Of a stretch of 64,000 bases of DNA, positions 44,891-54,699 are shown in pieces. Numbering within the stretch: position 1 is the stretch's first letter; every line of letters begins with the position of its first letter. Below the pieces are notes generated by a model. It made no database searches and was not told the origin of the DNA. It was given only the letters and a program-made list of their open reading frames with translations. The position numbers and the translations under genes were made by a program. This DNA comes from a bacterium (GTDB lineage Bacteria > Patescibacteriota > Patescibacteriia > Patescibacteriales > GWE2-39-37), in assembly GCA_037146995.1 (NCBI GenBank), contig JBAWWA010000005.1, positions 2,978 to 66,977 of the forward strand, given 5' to 3'.

Positions 44891-45943
44891 TTATTTAACG
44901 CCGGTCAATCTCTTGCCAGCATCGGGCATGGTAAATACACCATCAATTGCTTCGGCAACAACCACCTCGGTCTGCAATTTGCTGATAACCTTGTCAGTAT
45001 CAATGAACATCTCCTCACCATCCTTAATCCAGTAGTACCAAGGATCGAAGAACAAGATCTCGGTTTCATCCATTCCATCACCTAAGTTAGCCGGAATATC
45101 AACGCACTCCAATACCGGGCGATTGAATATCGTCTGATCTCGAACATCAAATATCGGCATATTATTCTCATCAGTCAAAGACCTGATTAATTTCATGCCA
45201 GCTCCAGAGGTCATGAATACCGCATTTTGTCGATACTGCTCTGGCAACTCATAATAGAGATTTACCAAATCTTTATACTTGAAAGCTGTATCAAATTGAG
45301 CAATCTCCGCAAGTCCTGCGGCTCTTACACCGGTAGGCTTACCCACACCATCACCTGCCACAAATGCCGACTCCTCTGAATCTCTTAATTTCCTTGAACT
45401 CAACTCACCAATAAAATTGACAATGTTATATGCCGAGGTATTCAACAACTTGCGAGGAATTAAAACCCTGGCCGCCAAGTAGAAATCAGACAGACTTCGC
45501 TTTTCAATTGTTGGGTCGCTGTCCGTGATGGTCTCATTGTCGTCTACCCAATATGCAGTGACTCCAGTCCCCTCAACTGGCAACTGAAAATTGCCGCTTA
45601 GCTTAAAGACATAGGCCAACTGGCGAAGTCTAGAAATTTTATCTTTTTTAGTAAGAATAAAATTAGCTAATTCGGTTGGAACAGTGTATCCGAATGATGC
45701 GTTGTTAACACTTACCACCTTCTCCTCAATTTTGCCCATGCATACGTCTTTAACGAACTGGGCTGCTTTTTCAATCTTCTCATCTTCAGTCACGACCTTA
45801 AAATCCTTCAATCCCTCTTGAGATTCCTTTAATATCTCCTGCTTTAGCTCGACTGCAACCTCCTTAACTCCGTCAGCGATTAGGCCTTTTAATTCTTCCA
45901 TAGTCACTTCCATGACTTGGGCTTGCTTTTCTTTTGGATCCAT
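44891..45943 (-). CDS. Major capsid protein, HK97 fold
   Basis: N-terminal coiled delta-like region, 350 aa, directly after the prohead protease. The sequence pattern is typical of the HK97 family. Confidence 0.85.
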   Translation of the reverse strand: MDPKEKQAQVMEVTMEELKGLIADGVKEVAVELKQEILKESQEGLKDFKVVTEDEKIEKAAQFVKDVCMGKIEEKVVSVNNASFGYTVPTELANFILTKKDKISRLRQLAYVFKLSGNFQLPVEGTGVTAYWVDDNETITDSDPTIEKRSLSDFYLAARVLIPRKLLNTSAYNIVNFIGELSSRKLRDSEESAFVAGDGVGKPTGVRAAGLAEIAQFDTAFKYKDLVNLYYELPEQYRQNAVFMTSGAGMKLIRSLTDENNMPIFDVRDQTIFNRPVLECVDIPANLGDGMDETEILFFDPWYYWIKDGEEMFIDTDKVISKLQTEVVVAEAIDGVFTMPDAGKRLTGVK

Positions 45944-45950
45944 ATTTTTA

Positions 45951-46712
45951 TCACTTAGTTATGCGGAGCAAATACTCCGCCTGTTTATCAATTTGTTTAA
46001 CCACCTGCCTAATACGGAGAACTTTTTGTGTGTCCGCAAGAGTATCGACCTTTTGCCCCTCTTCATCAAGGGATTTTAAATAAGCGATATATTTATTGCT
46101 CATCTTTATGCTTTGCTTTTCACCACCCTTATAAAACAACTTCACTTCTTTGCTTTTATTATCCACTTCAACAAAATCAACTATTTGCTCTGCCTTATTA
46201 TCATCTTTCACGCTCACTAACTCAGTATCAGGATTGGCACCAGCCAAGACCGGTGACCATTCGTACAACTTAACCTTTTTAATGATCCGATTATCTTTCT
46301 CATCCCATTCGTAATCAAGAATCTTAAAACCAATACTAAATTCATCGATGATGCCAAACTTGATATCCGAGTATGCTTCTTTACCCCGCTGAGTTTCCAA
46401 ATTAAACTGTCCCTGAATAAACAAACCCTTGTTGTCCTCATACGCCTTCAAGGTCTTGGCAATCGGTTCATCCCAATTGTGCATCCAAACACCCTTGGGT
46501 AGTTTATTATTCAAACTCTCAGAAAATGCCCCTCGGCGGATGATGTCGCCCACCAGATCAATGTTGTCAAAGATTGAAACATAGGCCTCAACAATGCCTT
46601 CTGACTGTGCATCCTTTTCCTCAACAATCTTAATATTAGCCTTAGCCTTAATCCTGATCATCGTATTTATATCAAAATTATTTTGGCCTTGTTTTTTAAT
46701 TGTTTCGCTCAT
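45951..46712 (-). CDS. Prohead protease (HK97 / S78 family) with a C-terminal scaffold-like tail
   Basis: EAYVSIFDNIDLVGDIIRRGAF...EFSIGF...YEWSPVLAGANP matches the family pattern. Confidence 0.8.
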   Translation of the reverse strand: MSETIKKQGQNNFDINTMIRIKAKANIKIVEEKDAQSEGIVEAYVSIFDNIDLVGDIIRRGAFSESLNNKLPKGVWMHNWDEPIAKTLKAYEDNKGLFIQGQFNLETQRGKEAYSDIKFGIIDEFSIGFKILDYEWDEKDNRIIKKVKLYEWSPVLAGANPDTELVSVKDDNKAEQIVDFVEVDNKSKEVKLFYKGGEKQSIKMSNKYIAYLKSLDEEGQKVDTLADTQKVLRIRQVVKQIDKQAEYLLRITK

Positions 46713-46729
46713 ATTGTTTTGTTAATTAT

Positions 46730-48775
46730 TTATAATGGCGTAAAATCACACTTGCAGTTCGGATGAACTGGAATCTGTCCTGCTATATCCTTAACTGTCC
46801 ACCCCTGTGTTGCCCTGTCTTGGCAAGTTGAGCATGCATCGGGCGATAATAGCCACTCAACATCCGTAAAACCGTAATGCTCATATGTTTGCCGATGTGC
46901 CTCTGCCACACCTCGTGATGTTTCGGTACGAGCAATCAATTCGGCACGATAATCAACCGCAAAATCAAATACTTTTTCAACCCTAGTCTTTAACTCCGAC
47001 AAACTCTCACCCGCCGAAATACCCTCGTTCATGGTTTTTTCAAAATCGGCAATCGTAGTCTCGGTAATGCTTGTGCCAATTTCTTCACTGACCTGATCGA
47101 GCCAGGACTTGATGAAATCCATGTCCATGATCACATCTTGGTCAATCAAGGCACTTGCCCCTGCCACGCCAGTCATCACTGTCTCATACATTAATGGGCT
47201 GATAACTTGAATCGTGGCTGTCACCTCATCCGTCTTACTAAGACTTTTAAAATCAACGCCGACTTGATCGCTTTTCTCAATTGAATTAATAAACCGCTGC
47301 TCTTGCTCCACGAACAAACTTGTCATTTTGCTTTTCCACAAACCTTCTAGCTTTGATTCACTCAACATTCTCTCTTGATAAAACTTGTGTTTTTGCTCGT
47401 CAGTTAGTCGCTGATTCTTATTTACTATCTTTAAAATTATTCTCTTGTTTTTAAACAAACTGGACATTGCCTTCTTAGTTGCCTTTTCTGCCAATCTTTT
47501 CATTTTCAAGTTGCGATTTAGTACTCGTTTTTTGACATACTCCTGCTTCTTCAAATTAACTCGACTGGAACTGAACGCCTTGATTTTGATAATCTCCTTC
47601 TTCTCACCGCCAATTAAAGGCATATTGGATAACGGCATGTAAATATAATCACCACCTGCGACTGGTTGCAGTCCCTCATCAACCCTAATCTCATTCGTGG
47701 TCAACCATTTATTCCAGCCCTCGACTTTACGTTTTAAATCCATTTCCTCATCTGCTCTGGCGAGGGGAGAAAAATCAAGCCACAAGTCACTACCAAACAT
47801 TGGCACTAAAAATTCATTCAACTGCTCAATTAACTCGGTGGCCAAGGGTTCTAACGTCCATTTATTGAAAGCATATTCTGCCGCAACAGCACTGGCACGA
47901 TTAACATCCTCAAACACGCCAAGAATTGGCTTCGGCACACCAAAGATCGACAAGATCTCATCCCTATTCATCTTGCGACTTTCAATGAAATCCAAATCCT
48001 TTGGCGGAATTGTTGCCGGCTTGAATTTCATACCTGCCTCCAACACCTGAACATGATACGAATTCTCATAACCCTGAAACTTTTCTTTGAATTCTTTCTT
48101 TAGGCGACTGATCATCCCTTTGCTCGCATTGCCCTCAAGTTCTAAAAATCCCGATGGTCTTGCATTGTTTTTAAGTAAGTTGCTATTTGATTGAACGATG
48201 TAATCATCGTTCTCGGCTGTCTGCCTTACTGCTTCAATTACGCCAATGCCTTTGTCAGGATTACGTGGATTATAATTCTTGAGCCAGATAACCTCCTCCT
48301 TGTTAAAAGTACGTTTATATGTCCCGATTTCATAAACATAATTCACCACCTGTCCGTTATCATCACGATTGACTCTGAAATACTCTGGCCGAGCCAAATA
48401 TATATTTGAGGGATATTTATCGCTTTCATTAGCCTTAGTTAAAATCCAAGGACTAGCACCCAATAAATCACGATAAATAAAACTTAATTGCAAAAAATTG
48501 TATTTAGTCATCTCAGGATTAATACGATAAAGTAAATCCAGCAACTCATGTTCAATAACCTCCTCCACCTCACCATTCTTCTTATTTCGATACAATTTAA
48601 AATCAATCTGTGCCAATCCCATGGAACGACGTGCTACGCAAGCATAAATCCATGACTTGTAAAAATCTAAAGCATCGGCACGAGTAATTACGTTAGACAT
48701 CATGCCGCTGTTCATAAAAAACGAGAATGGCACGCCTTGCGTTGCGGTTTTAAATAATTTATTCCAAAAACTCAT
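46730..48775 (-). CDS. Portal protein fused to a Mu F / SPP1 gp7-like minor head domain
   Basis: The N-terminal 400 aa or so are portal-like. The C-terminal ...ARTETSRGVAEAHRQTYEHYGF...CSTCQD...VHPNCKCDFTPL matches the Mu F morphogenesis domain. Confidence 0.75.
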   Translation of the reverse strand: MSFWNKLFKTATQGVPFSFFMNSGMMSNVITRADALDFYKSWIYACVARRSMGLAQIDFKLYRNKKNGEVEEVIEHELLDLLYRINPEMTKYNFLQLSFIYRDLLGASPWILTKANESDKYPSNIYLARPEYFRVNRDDNGQVVNYVYEIGTYKRTFNKEEVIWLKNYNPRNPDKGIGVIEAVRQTAENDDYIVQSNSNLLKNNARPSGFLELEGNASKGMISRLKKEFKEKFQGYENSYHVQVLEAGMKFKPATIPPKDLDFIESRKMNRDEILSIFGVPKPILGVFEDVNRASAVAAEYAFNKWTLEPLATELIEQLNEFLVPMFGSDLWLDFSPLARADEEMDLKRKVEGWNKWLTTNEIRVDEGLQPVAGGDYIYMPLSNMPLIGGEKKEIIKIKAFSSSRVNLKKQEYVKKRVLNRNLKMKRLAEKATKKAMSSLFKNKRIILKIVNKNQRLTDEQKHKFYQERMLSESKLEGLWKSKMTSLFVEQEQRFINSIEKSDQVGVDFKSLSKTDEVTATIQVISPLMYETVMTGVAGASALIDQDVIMDMDFIKSWLDQVSEEIGTSITETTIADFEKTMNEGISAGESLSELKTRVEKVFDFAVDYRAELIARTETSRGVAEAHRQTYEHYGFTDVEWLLSPDACSTCQDRATQGWTVKDIAGQIPVHPNCKCDFTPL

Positions 48776-48776
48776 A

Positions 48777-49103
48777 CTATTTTGGCAAATCGCTTTTAAC
48801 TTTTATTAATATGTCATCAAAGGTCACGGTTTGACCATCCTCAAAAACCACTCGAATCTCACCGTAATACTTACCCACCTCATCAAAGTCACCAGCCTTC
48901 ACTGTGTACTTAATCTGACCTTGTGGTCCATCAACAACCACCATTTCTCCCTCGAACTTAATCTCATTTGCCCTCTTTTTCTGGACTCGCAACTTGATAC
49001 TAGATGCAGCATTGAGATTAATAGCATTGCCATTGAAGTCACGCAAAGTGAAATCAAGGTCGAAGCCCACATCATTCTTAATTGTCTCAATATCCGTTCT
49101 CAT
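48777..49103 (-). CDS. Ig-like / beta-sandwich phage protein (108 aa)
   Basis: The beta-rich pattern FDLDFTLRD...IKLRVQKK...IKYTV is typical of small phage Ig-like domains. Confidence 0.5.
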   Translation of the reverse strand: MRTDIETIKNDVGFDLDFTLRDFNGNAINLNAASSIKLRVQKKRANEIKFEGEMVVVDGPQGQIKYTVKAGDFDEVGKYYGEIRVVFEDGQTVTFDDILIKVKSDLPK

Positions 49104-49804
49104 GCTTTTGACTTTAAAATAAATTGGCGTGTCTTATCTGTCATCTCATAAATCTTTTTACGGGCACTGGAAAATAGCTTGGCAAATGTCGATAACTTAA
49201 CTATTGAAAATACAGAACAACTCAATACCAACTGCCAAAACATGATCGGCACTAACGCCACTACTCCAGTGGCCACCTGACTCAGAACTTTGAATCTGAT
49301 CGAAACCTGCTTCAAACTAATAGCACCAGTACCAAGTAAACTGATCGACTGTTTTATTACCGGCTCGGTATAATATACTTTGAAAGCAAAATCATGACTC
49401 GGATGTGGCGTAGTATCAATGTACGACATGCCATCGGGATACGGATTACCAAAAACGTTCTTGCCCCAACTCATGTAACTGCCACCTGGCCTCTGCAAAT
49501 TAATGTAATACATCTTGCCTGGCGTAACTGTGAAAACTGTGTCAAACCAAAACTCATTCCAACCCATCTGCGTAAAATGCACTGTCTGATAATACAATGC
49601 CGGTCCAGTCAGGCTGTCTTTAATGGCAATAGCCATATAGGCATCGTAAGGTGAGCCATCGGCATACAAATCCATCTTGCAAATATTCTTCATGCCGGTA
49701 GGAATAAGAATCCCCTGATGCCACGAATTATTAATAATGGTCGATGAATTGTTAATTGAAGTCTGGCTAATGCCTAATATCGCCTCCATATCACTGAATT
49801 TCAA
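49100..49804 (-). CDS. Phage protein sharing the beta-sandwich module of the tail-fibre repeats, with a hydrophobic C-terminus
   Basis: PGKMYYINLQRPGG...NPYPDGMSY...HDFAFKVYY here resembles GQTYVLKLGT...NPYAGGQCW...EDITFEVMG in the fibre. Confidence 0.5.
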   Translation of the reverse strand: MKFSDMEAILGISQTSINNSSTIINNSWHQGILIPTGMKNICKMDLYADGSPYDAYMAIAIKDSLTGPALYYQTVHFTQMGWNEFWFDTVFTVTPGKMYYINLQRPGGSYMSWGKNVFGNPYPDGMSYIDTTPHPSHDFAFKVYYTEPVIKQSISLLGTGAISLKQVSIRFKVLSQVATGVVALVPIMFWQLVLSCSVFSIVKLSTFAKLFSSARKKIYEMTDKTRQFILKSKA

Positions 49805-50204
49805 GAATTATGGTAAATTCCACCTTATCCCCGCTATTTACCCCAATGCCCACAAAATCGCCATGTATGAGCAAATTTCCGGCCGTAATGGCCGTAAATA
49901 ACCCCGCCTCGGTGATCGTTTTAGTCGCATTGGCCGTATGCATGGAAACCCACTGTATCTGATCGGATCTCGGTTGTGTTCTAGTGGCCGATATGCGAGC
50001 CTCACTGGACTCGTTAAACAAAGTGGTGTTATTCTTGGCAATCGTCCCGGCACCGGTTCCCCAACCCACGTACTCGCCCGCATTTAAGGTCTGGCCGTCA
50101 ATCTTGTCGATAATCCAGTCCTCGCATGCATTGGTCAACACGACTGCAAAATACAGAAAACGATTGATCAATTTTTGTAGTTTATTCTCGATGACTAAAA
50201 TCAT
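49791..50204 (-). CDS. Phage protein, paralogue of 37508..38065
   Basis: Shares the GTG(A/S)GT...T(T/Q)LF(N/T)E...(E/T)(A/F)G pattern. Confidence 0.5.
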   Translation of the reverse strand: MILVIENKLQKLINRFLYFAVVLTNACEDWIIDKIDGQTLNAGEYVGWGTGAGTIAKNNTTLFNESSEARISATRTQPRSDQIQWVSMHTANATKTITEAGLFTAITAGNLLIHGDFVGIGVNSGDKVEFTIILEIQ

Positions 50205-50400
50205 ATTGTTTATTTATAAAATGTTTTCTAAATTTAAGTCCTTGCTTTAACAATCTCGATTCACTCCACTTGCCTTCACCCGCTCGCATGACACGTGCGC
50301 AGATACTGGTTCGCTTGACTACTGCCACTCGCAGATGACCGCCCAGTCGATTGACGAATCTCAATAAGGTTTTAAATAATTGTCGTTTAATCCATGTCAT
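50182..50400 (-). CDS. Possible small basic protein (72 aa)
   Basis: ATGA overlap with the terminase stop. The composition is Arg/Lys-rich, and the ORF may be spurious. Confidence 0.3.
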   Translation of the reverse strand: MTWIKRQLFKTLLRFVNRLGGHLRVAVVKRTSICARVMRAGEGKWSESRLLKQGLKFRKHFINKQYDFSHRE

Positions 50401-51836
50401 AAAGTTATTATTCTAGGCACTGATTGATTTCGTTTATAATAGGTGAAGCATAGGCCGTCCCAAAAGTCTGGACTTGGTACGCCTCGGGCAATCAACTCAT
50501 CCTTGGACTCCATTTGAATCTTGCCGTCCCCACCACTCGCTATTTTCCACTTGATCTCATCTACTTCGGCAAACTCCTTGCCATAGATTTTACCACCCTG
50601 CTCGGTGAGCATCTTCTTGGCTTGAAAATTTGCCTCAGCTTTTACGTTAACGTACACATCCTTGCCTGCATCACTGGCTTGATCGTTAGCCCGACAAGAA
50701 TTAACAAAAATACCATCCTCTTCTAGCCGATCAACCACACCAGCCCCTACACCGACCACATCCACAAAGACATCCAAATAATCAATATGCTCTTCTCGAC
50801 AAATCAACTTAATCTCTTTGGCCACATCCATGATGTTCTTCGTCTTAATCTTCCGCTTTACGTATGCCCTAGGTAGACTTGAACCTTCCTCTAAACCTCG
50901 GATAATAAATGCCGTCCAATTACCACCCCTTGCCACATCAACACCTAACCGTTTACCCTCCCGCTTCAATTTAGGTCGTTCCTCGCAATACATCACTTTC
51001 TGCTCTGTTGAAGTCATCAACTTTCGATAACCCTTAGCATCAACCTCATTCTCATCCGGGAACTTGCAACGATACAGGATATCAGCCAAGGGTAACTTCA
51101 GGGCTTTGCTTAAGAACTCCGGCGTATACCTGCCCTCCTTCAAGGCCTGATCAGAATTTATAAAGATTTTGAAATAATCCTTATCCTTCCATGACCGCTT
51201 AAAATGATTATTGTGAAAGGGGTTGCCGATCTTGATATAGCACGACTGCTTGCGTTCTTTACCCACCTTCTGCTTACCGGCAATCATGCGAAAAATCGTG
51301 GCTTCAATTTCGTCTGGGATCAAGGCACTCTCATCCTGAATAACAATACGACCACCCTCACCCATAACTGCTTTAACTCCATTAGCCGCACTTCTAGCCT
51401 CAACACTTAAAGCGAATAGACCACCACCATTGCGTAAAACGATTCTATCCTTACTGGCCTCTTGTCTTAACATGTCGATTCGATCTTTCTTTTCGAGCAA
51501 GGAACTAAACAACGGGCTATCATCGATATGCTCGATGTAGTAACGCATAATCTTCTTGGCCTGTTCTTTTTTCGGGGCAACCACCGGTATCAACTCGCCC
51601 TGAATACAACTGACCACAATACACGCCAAGGCAACAATTAAGGACTTACCATACTGGGTACATGCAATGATTTGAATGTACCCATAGTGCCTGAACACGA
51701 TCGCCCAGAAAATCACCAGCTGACCTTCCGATATCACCTCATTCGCCGGTTCACCTTCTAACTTGAATTGTTTTAAAAGAGCGATGCATGTCTCCCTTTC
51801 GCTAGTCGGTATGATTGGCAATTGGGGGTTTTGCAT
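50397..51836 (-). CDS. terL: Terminase large subunit
   Basis: P-loop-like CTQYGKS, Walker B-like VIQDE, and a C-terminal RNase H-like nuclease region. Size and position next to the small subunit fit. Confidence 0.75.
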   Translation of the reverse strand: MQNPQLPIIPTSERETCIALLKQFKLEGEPANEVISEGQLVIFWAIVFRHYGYIQIIACTQYGKSLIVALACIVVSCIQGELIPVVAPKKEQAKKIMRYYIEHIDDSPLFSSLLEKKDRIDMLRQEASKDRIVLRNGGGLFALSVEARSAANGVKAVMGEGGRIVIQDESALIPDEIEATIFRMIAGKQKVGKERKQSCYIKIGNPFHNNHFKRSWKDKDYFKIFINSDQALKEGRYTPEFLSKALKLPLADILYRCKFPDENEVDAKGYRKLMTSTEQKVMYCEERPKLKREGKRLGVDVARGGNWTAFIIRGLEEGSSLPRAYVKRKIKTKNIMDVAKEIKLICREEHIDYLDVFVDVVGVGAGVVDRLEEDGIFVNSCRANDQASDAGKDVYVNVKAEANFQAKKMLTEQGGKIYGKEFAEVDEIKWKIASGGDGKIQMESKDELIARGVPSPDFWDGLCFTYYKRNQSVPRIITL

Positions 51837-52248
51837 TATTATCTTGCTTTAACTGGTTTATTAAATCACTGAAATCTTTCCTCATTTGCTCCATGTCCGC
51901 TGAATTGCCGGTATCGATTTCTGACTTTACTTTGTAATTTGGATGTCGACATTTCAGATAGAAAATAATCGAAGCAGTATCATCATTAGCGATTTTTCCC
52001 AGTAACTTACCCTCGACATAGTACCGCTGTGCCCACTCAACCACATCAACCTTCTTGGCAAACTCCTCATCTTCTTGTAACCACAAATAATAGGTTTTAG
52101 GCGAAATGCCAACTTTTTTGCATGCATTCCTGACAATGCCCATGTTCTTCTCCAGCTCGTCCAGAATCTTCTCTTTGTTCTTGATAATCCTCAGTTCGAT
52201 TTTCCCCTTTTTTATAGTGTTACATTTGTTACATTTCTCTTGTTCCAT
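51802..52248 (-). CDS. terS: Terminase small subunit (HTH)
   Basis: The HTH-like IVRNACKKVGISPKTYYLWL lies directly upstream of and overlapping terL. Confidence 0.55.
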   Translation of the reverse strand: MEQEKCNKCNTIKKGKIELRIIKNKEKILDELEKNMGIVRNACKKVGISPKTYYLWLQEDEEFAKKVDVVEWAQRYYVEGKLLGKIANDDTASIIFYLKCRHPNYKVKSEIDTGNSADMEQMRKDFSDLINQLKQDNNAKPPIANHTD

Positions 52249-52418
52249 ACAACTTCAGACTCACACTGTTTAAGAACTTTGCCTTGACGGAAAAAATGGA
52301 GTTTAGCCGACATTTCGGTCTTGAAAAGGCGATAATTACCCCTACACTCCCCCATACACAATCCGAAGGCTTTCTTAGTATCTATGACCTCTCCAGTTTT
52401 TATACAATAAAAATTCAT
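52212..52418 (-). CDS. Possible small Cys-containing protein (68 aa)
   Basis: 4-nt overlap with the methylase stop. It overlaps the terS start by 37 nt, so the call is uncertain. Confidence 0.3.
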   Translation of the reverse strand: MNFYCIKTGEVIDTKKAFGLCMGECRGNYRLFKTEMSAKLHFFRQGKVLKQCESEVVWNKRNVTNVTL

Positions 52419-53653
52419 AACTTTTTGACTTTCTTATTGGTAAATTCCTCCCAGCGCTTAATTATTACATCAACATATTTCGGATCCATTTCCATCGAAT
52501 AGCACACTCGATCCATTTGTTCACAACTCATCAGTGTTGAACCTGAACCACCAAACAGATCGACCACAATATCCCCACGCTCACTGTTCTTTTTGATGCC
52601 CCTTTCTGCAAGTCTCAATGGTTTCTGTGTCGGGTGAACATATTTCTGCGTAATATCCCGTTTTTCGTACCAAACATCCATCATCTCGCTGTAATCATCA
52701 AAATCAAGATTGAATACGTCCTTGAAATTTGTGATCTTCCGATTTTTGTAATGCACCTTTTTGTTCTTCCAGCCAACCATGCAAGGCTCATACTGACGGT
52801 GATAATCTTGACCTCGCGAGAAGACCATCGAATTCTTAAGCCAAATAATGATCTGACTCATATGCCAACCTGAATTGTCAAAGGCATGCCGATTAATACT
52901 GTTATTCTTGTTGGCAAACCACCAGTAAATCGTCACATCATCAGTACTAAAGTCGAATAGATTCTTCAAGACATCGATGTAAAACTCTAAGCAATCCTCG
53001 TCCGATTTGTTATCATTGAAAATCTTGCCACCTGTACCACCGAACTTGGTCGAACTATAATCTAGACCTCCGGGTGATTTATAGTCCACGTTGTAAGGCG
53101 GATCAGTAAAGACTAGCCTTGCCTTCTTTTCCTTCATCAAAACCTCCACGTCTGACCGCTTAGCCGAATCACCGCACATCAAGCGATGTCTACCTAACTC
53201 GTAAACATCTCCGGTCTTGGCTTTTGGCTCCTTGATCTTGTCATACTCCTCCTGAGCATCAAATCCGTCCTCCCTAACTTCAGTAATGATGTCCTCATCG
53301 AAACCAGTAAGCTTAAGCATCTCATCGTCCAACTCCTTCAACTCCTTAATCACCAGCTCCATATCCCAAGGACTCTCGTTGAGCTTATTATCAGCTAAAC
53401 GATAAGCAATAGCCTTCTTGGCCGGTAAGTCAACAATGATGCACGGCACTTCTTTGAGCTTTAAAAGTTTAGCTGCTTCGAATCTGCCATGACCGACAAT
53501 AATGACATTCTTCTTGTCCAAGACCATTGGCTGATTAAAACCAAACTCTCGAATACTATCAGCTATCAGTTTGACCTGCTTGTTCGCATGCTTTTTGGCA
53601 TTCCTCTCGTATGGCTTGATCGCCTCGAGTGGTATCATTTGTTCTGTTCGCAT
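52415..53653 (-). CDS. ParB-like nuclease N-terminal domain fused to a DNA (N6-A/N4-C) methyltransferase
   Basis: N-terminal IPLEAIKPYERNAKKH...VGHGRFEAAK (ParB/Srx fold). Motif IV is FTDPPY and motif I is VVDLFGGSGST (beta-class order). Confidence 0.85.
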   Translation of the reverse strand: MRTEQMIPLEAIKPYERNAKKHANKQVKLIADSIREFGFNQPMVLDKKNVIIVGHGRFEAAKLLKLKEVPCIIVDLPAKKAIAYRLADNKLNESPWDMELVIKELKELDDEMLKLTGFDEDIITEVREDGFDAQEEYDKIKEPKAKTGDVYELGRHRLMCGDSAKRSDVEVLMKEKKARLVFTDPPYNVDYKSPGGLDYSSTKFGGTGGKIFNDNKSDEDCLEFYIDVLKNLFDFSTDDVTIYWWFANKNNSINRHAFDNSGWHMSQIIIWLKNSMVFSRGQDYHRQYEPCMVGWKNKKVHYKNRKITNFKDVFNLDFDDYSEMMDVWYEKRDITQKYVHPTQKPLRLAERGIKKNSERGDIVVDLFGGSGSTLMSCEQMDRVCYSMEMDPKYVDVIIKRWEEFTNKKVKKL

Positions 53654-54020
53654 ATTTTACTATTAAAATTTTTGATATTTCTCGATTATTAAATTTGCCA
53701 TCCCTGACTGTTTTTAAAATTGCACCCTCTAATCCCCTCACTATTTCCTTAACCTTCTGATTGTAATTTTTAATCTTCATTCGATCGGTTGCCTTAACTC
53801 CCTGTAAAAGTCGTAGGAACGGATCCTTGGCGACTGACAAAGCGTAATTGATTAATGCCCGCTCGTTGGTCCCATCTTGATAAAAAACGGCCACCTGAAC
53901 GACTCCGATTAAAAAATACTTGGTACCAATAATGTCCCCATGCTCAGTTTGCTCGACCGAATTATTGAAATCGACACGCAAAATGAGATTTTTCTCAATT
54001 AGTCTTTTTAAATCTTCCAT
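53559..54020 (-). CDS. Phage hypothetical protein (replication module)
   Basis: Start chosen at MEDLKRLIEKN, 4 nt after the upstream stop. It overlaps the methylase start by about 95 nt. Confidence 0.45.
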   Translation of the reverse strand: MEDLKRLIEKNLILRVDFNNSVEQTEHGDIIGTKYFLIGVVQVAVFYQDGTNERALINYALSVAKDPFLRLLQGVKATDRMKIKNYNQKVKEIVRGLEGAILKTVRDGKFNNREISKILIVKYANRTNDTTRGDQAIREECQKACEQAGQTDS

Positions 54021-54024
54021 ATCG

Positions 54025-54699
54025 CTATTTATTTGGTCTAAATATTTTAAATCCTGCCTTCTTTGCCAAACCCATTGCACATGCTCCCTTGTTCTTGGCA
54101 TCCACACTCTCTGACACATCCAGTAGAATATTTTGCACTTTTTGAAATCCGATCTGCCGAACAACTCCAACCCATGCTTTGTGATTTTTTTGATCGCCTA
54201 TCCTGCCCAACAGATAATGCAATTTGCCACTTTCCTCGTCCGATAGTTTATCCACAGTTTTCTCTGTAACGTTAACGTTGTTTTTATAACTATTAGTATT
54301 ATTATCGTGTTCGTTTTCGCGAATAGGTAACCGTTCGCCAAACTGGACAGTTTCGGGATCTTTTGTGTTGTGACTATTCGTATTCGTGAACAGTTCATCG
54401 ACCTTGGGTAAAAGCCGTACATACAGTCTTTGATGAATTATCCGGCAAGCAACATAACCCTCCTTTTCAATTTTTTTAATTCTTGGTGTAATCGCACTTT
54501 TGCTTTTAATACGCAATAAAGGCATCTCTTTCATAAGATGCTTATAATTCACCCATGTATAACCGTCTTGACGCTCCTTCTCTATTTTTTCATTGAGAGA
54601 GGTGCAGATGAAACACAAATATTCAATAATAGCACTCTCGATAAGATCGAGTTTTGTGTAGGCTAAAACTAATTGATTTATTGTTATCGTGTATTGCAT
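54025..54699 (-). CDS. Putative winged-helix DNA-binding / replication initiation-like protein
   Basis: Start chosen at MQYTITINQLV. The region ...ITPRIKKIEKEGYVACR is wHTH-like, and a basic C-terminal domain follows. Confidence 0.45.
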   Translation of the reverse strand: MQYTITINQLVLAYTKLDLIESAIIEYLCFICTSLNEKIEKERQDGYTWVNYKHLMKEMPLLRIKSKSAITPRIKKIEKEGYVACRIIHQRLYVRLLPKVDELFTNTNSHNTKDPETVQFGERLPIRENEHDNNTNSYKNNVNVTEKTVDKLSDEESGKLHYLLGRIGDQKNHKAWVGVVRQIGFQKVQNILLDVSESVDAKNKGACAMGLAKKAGFKIFRPNK

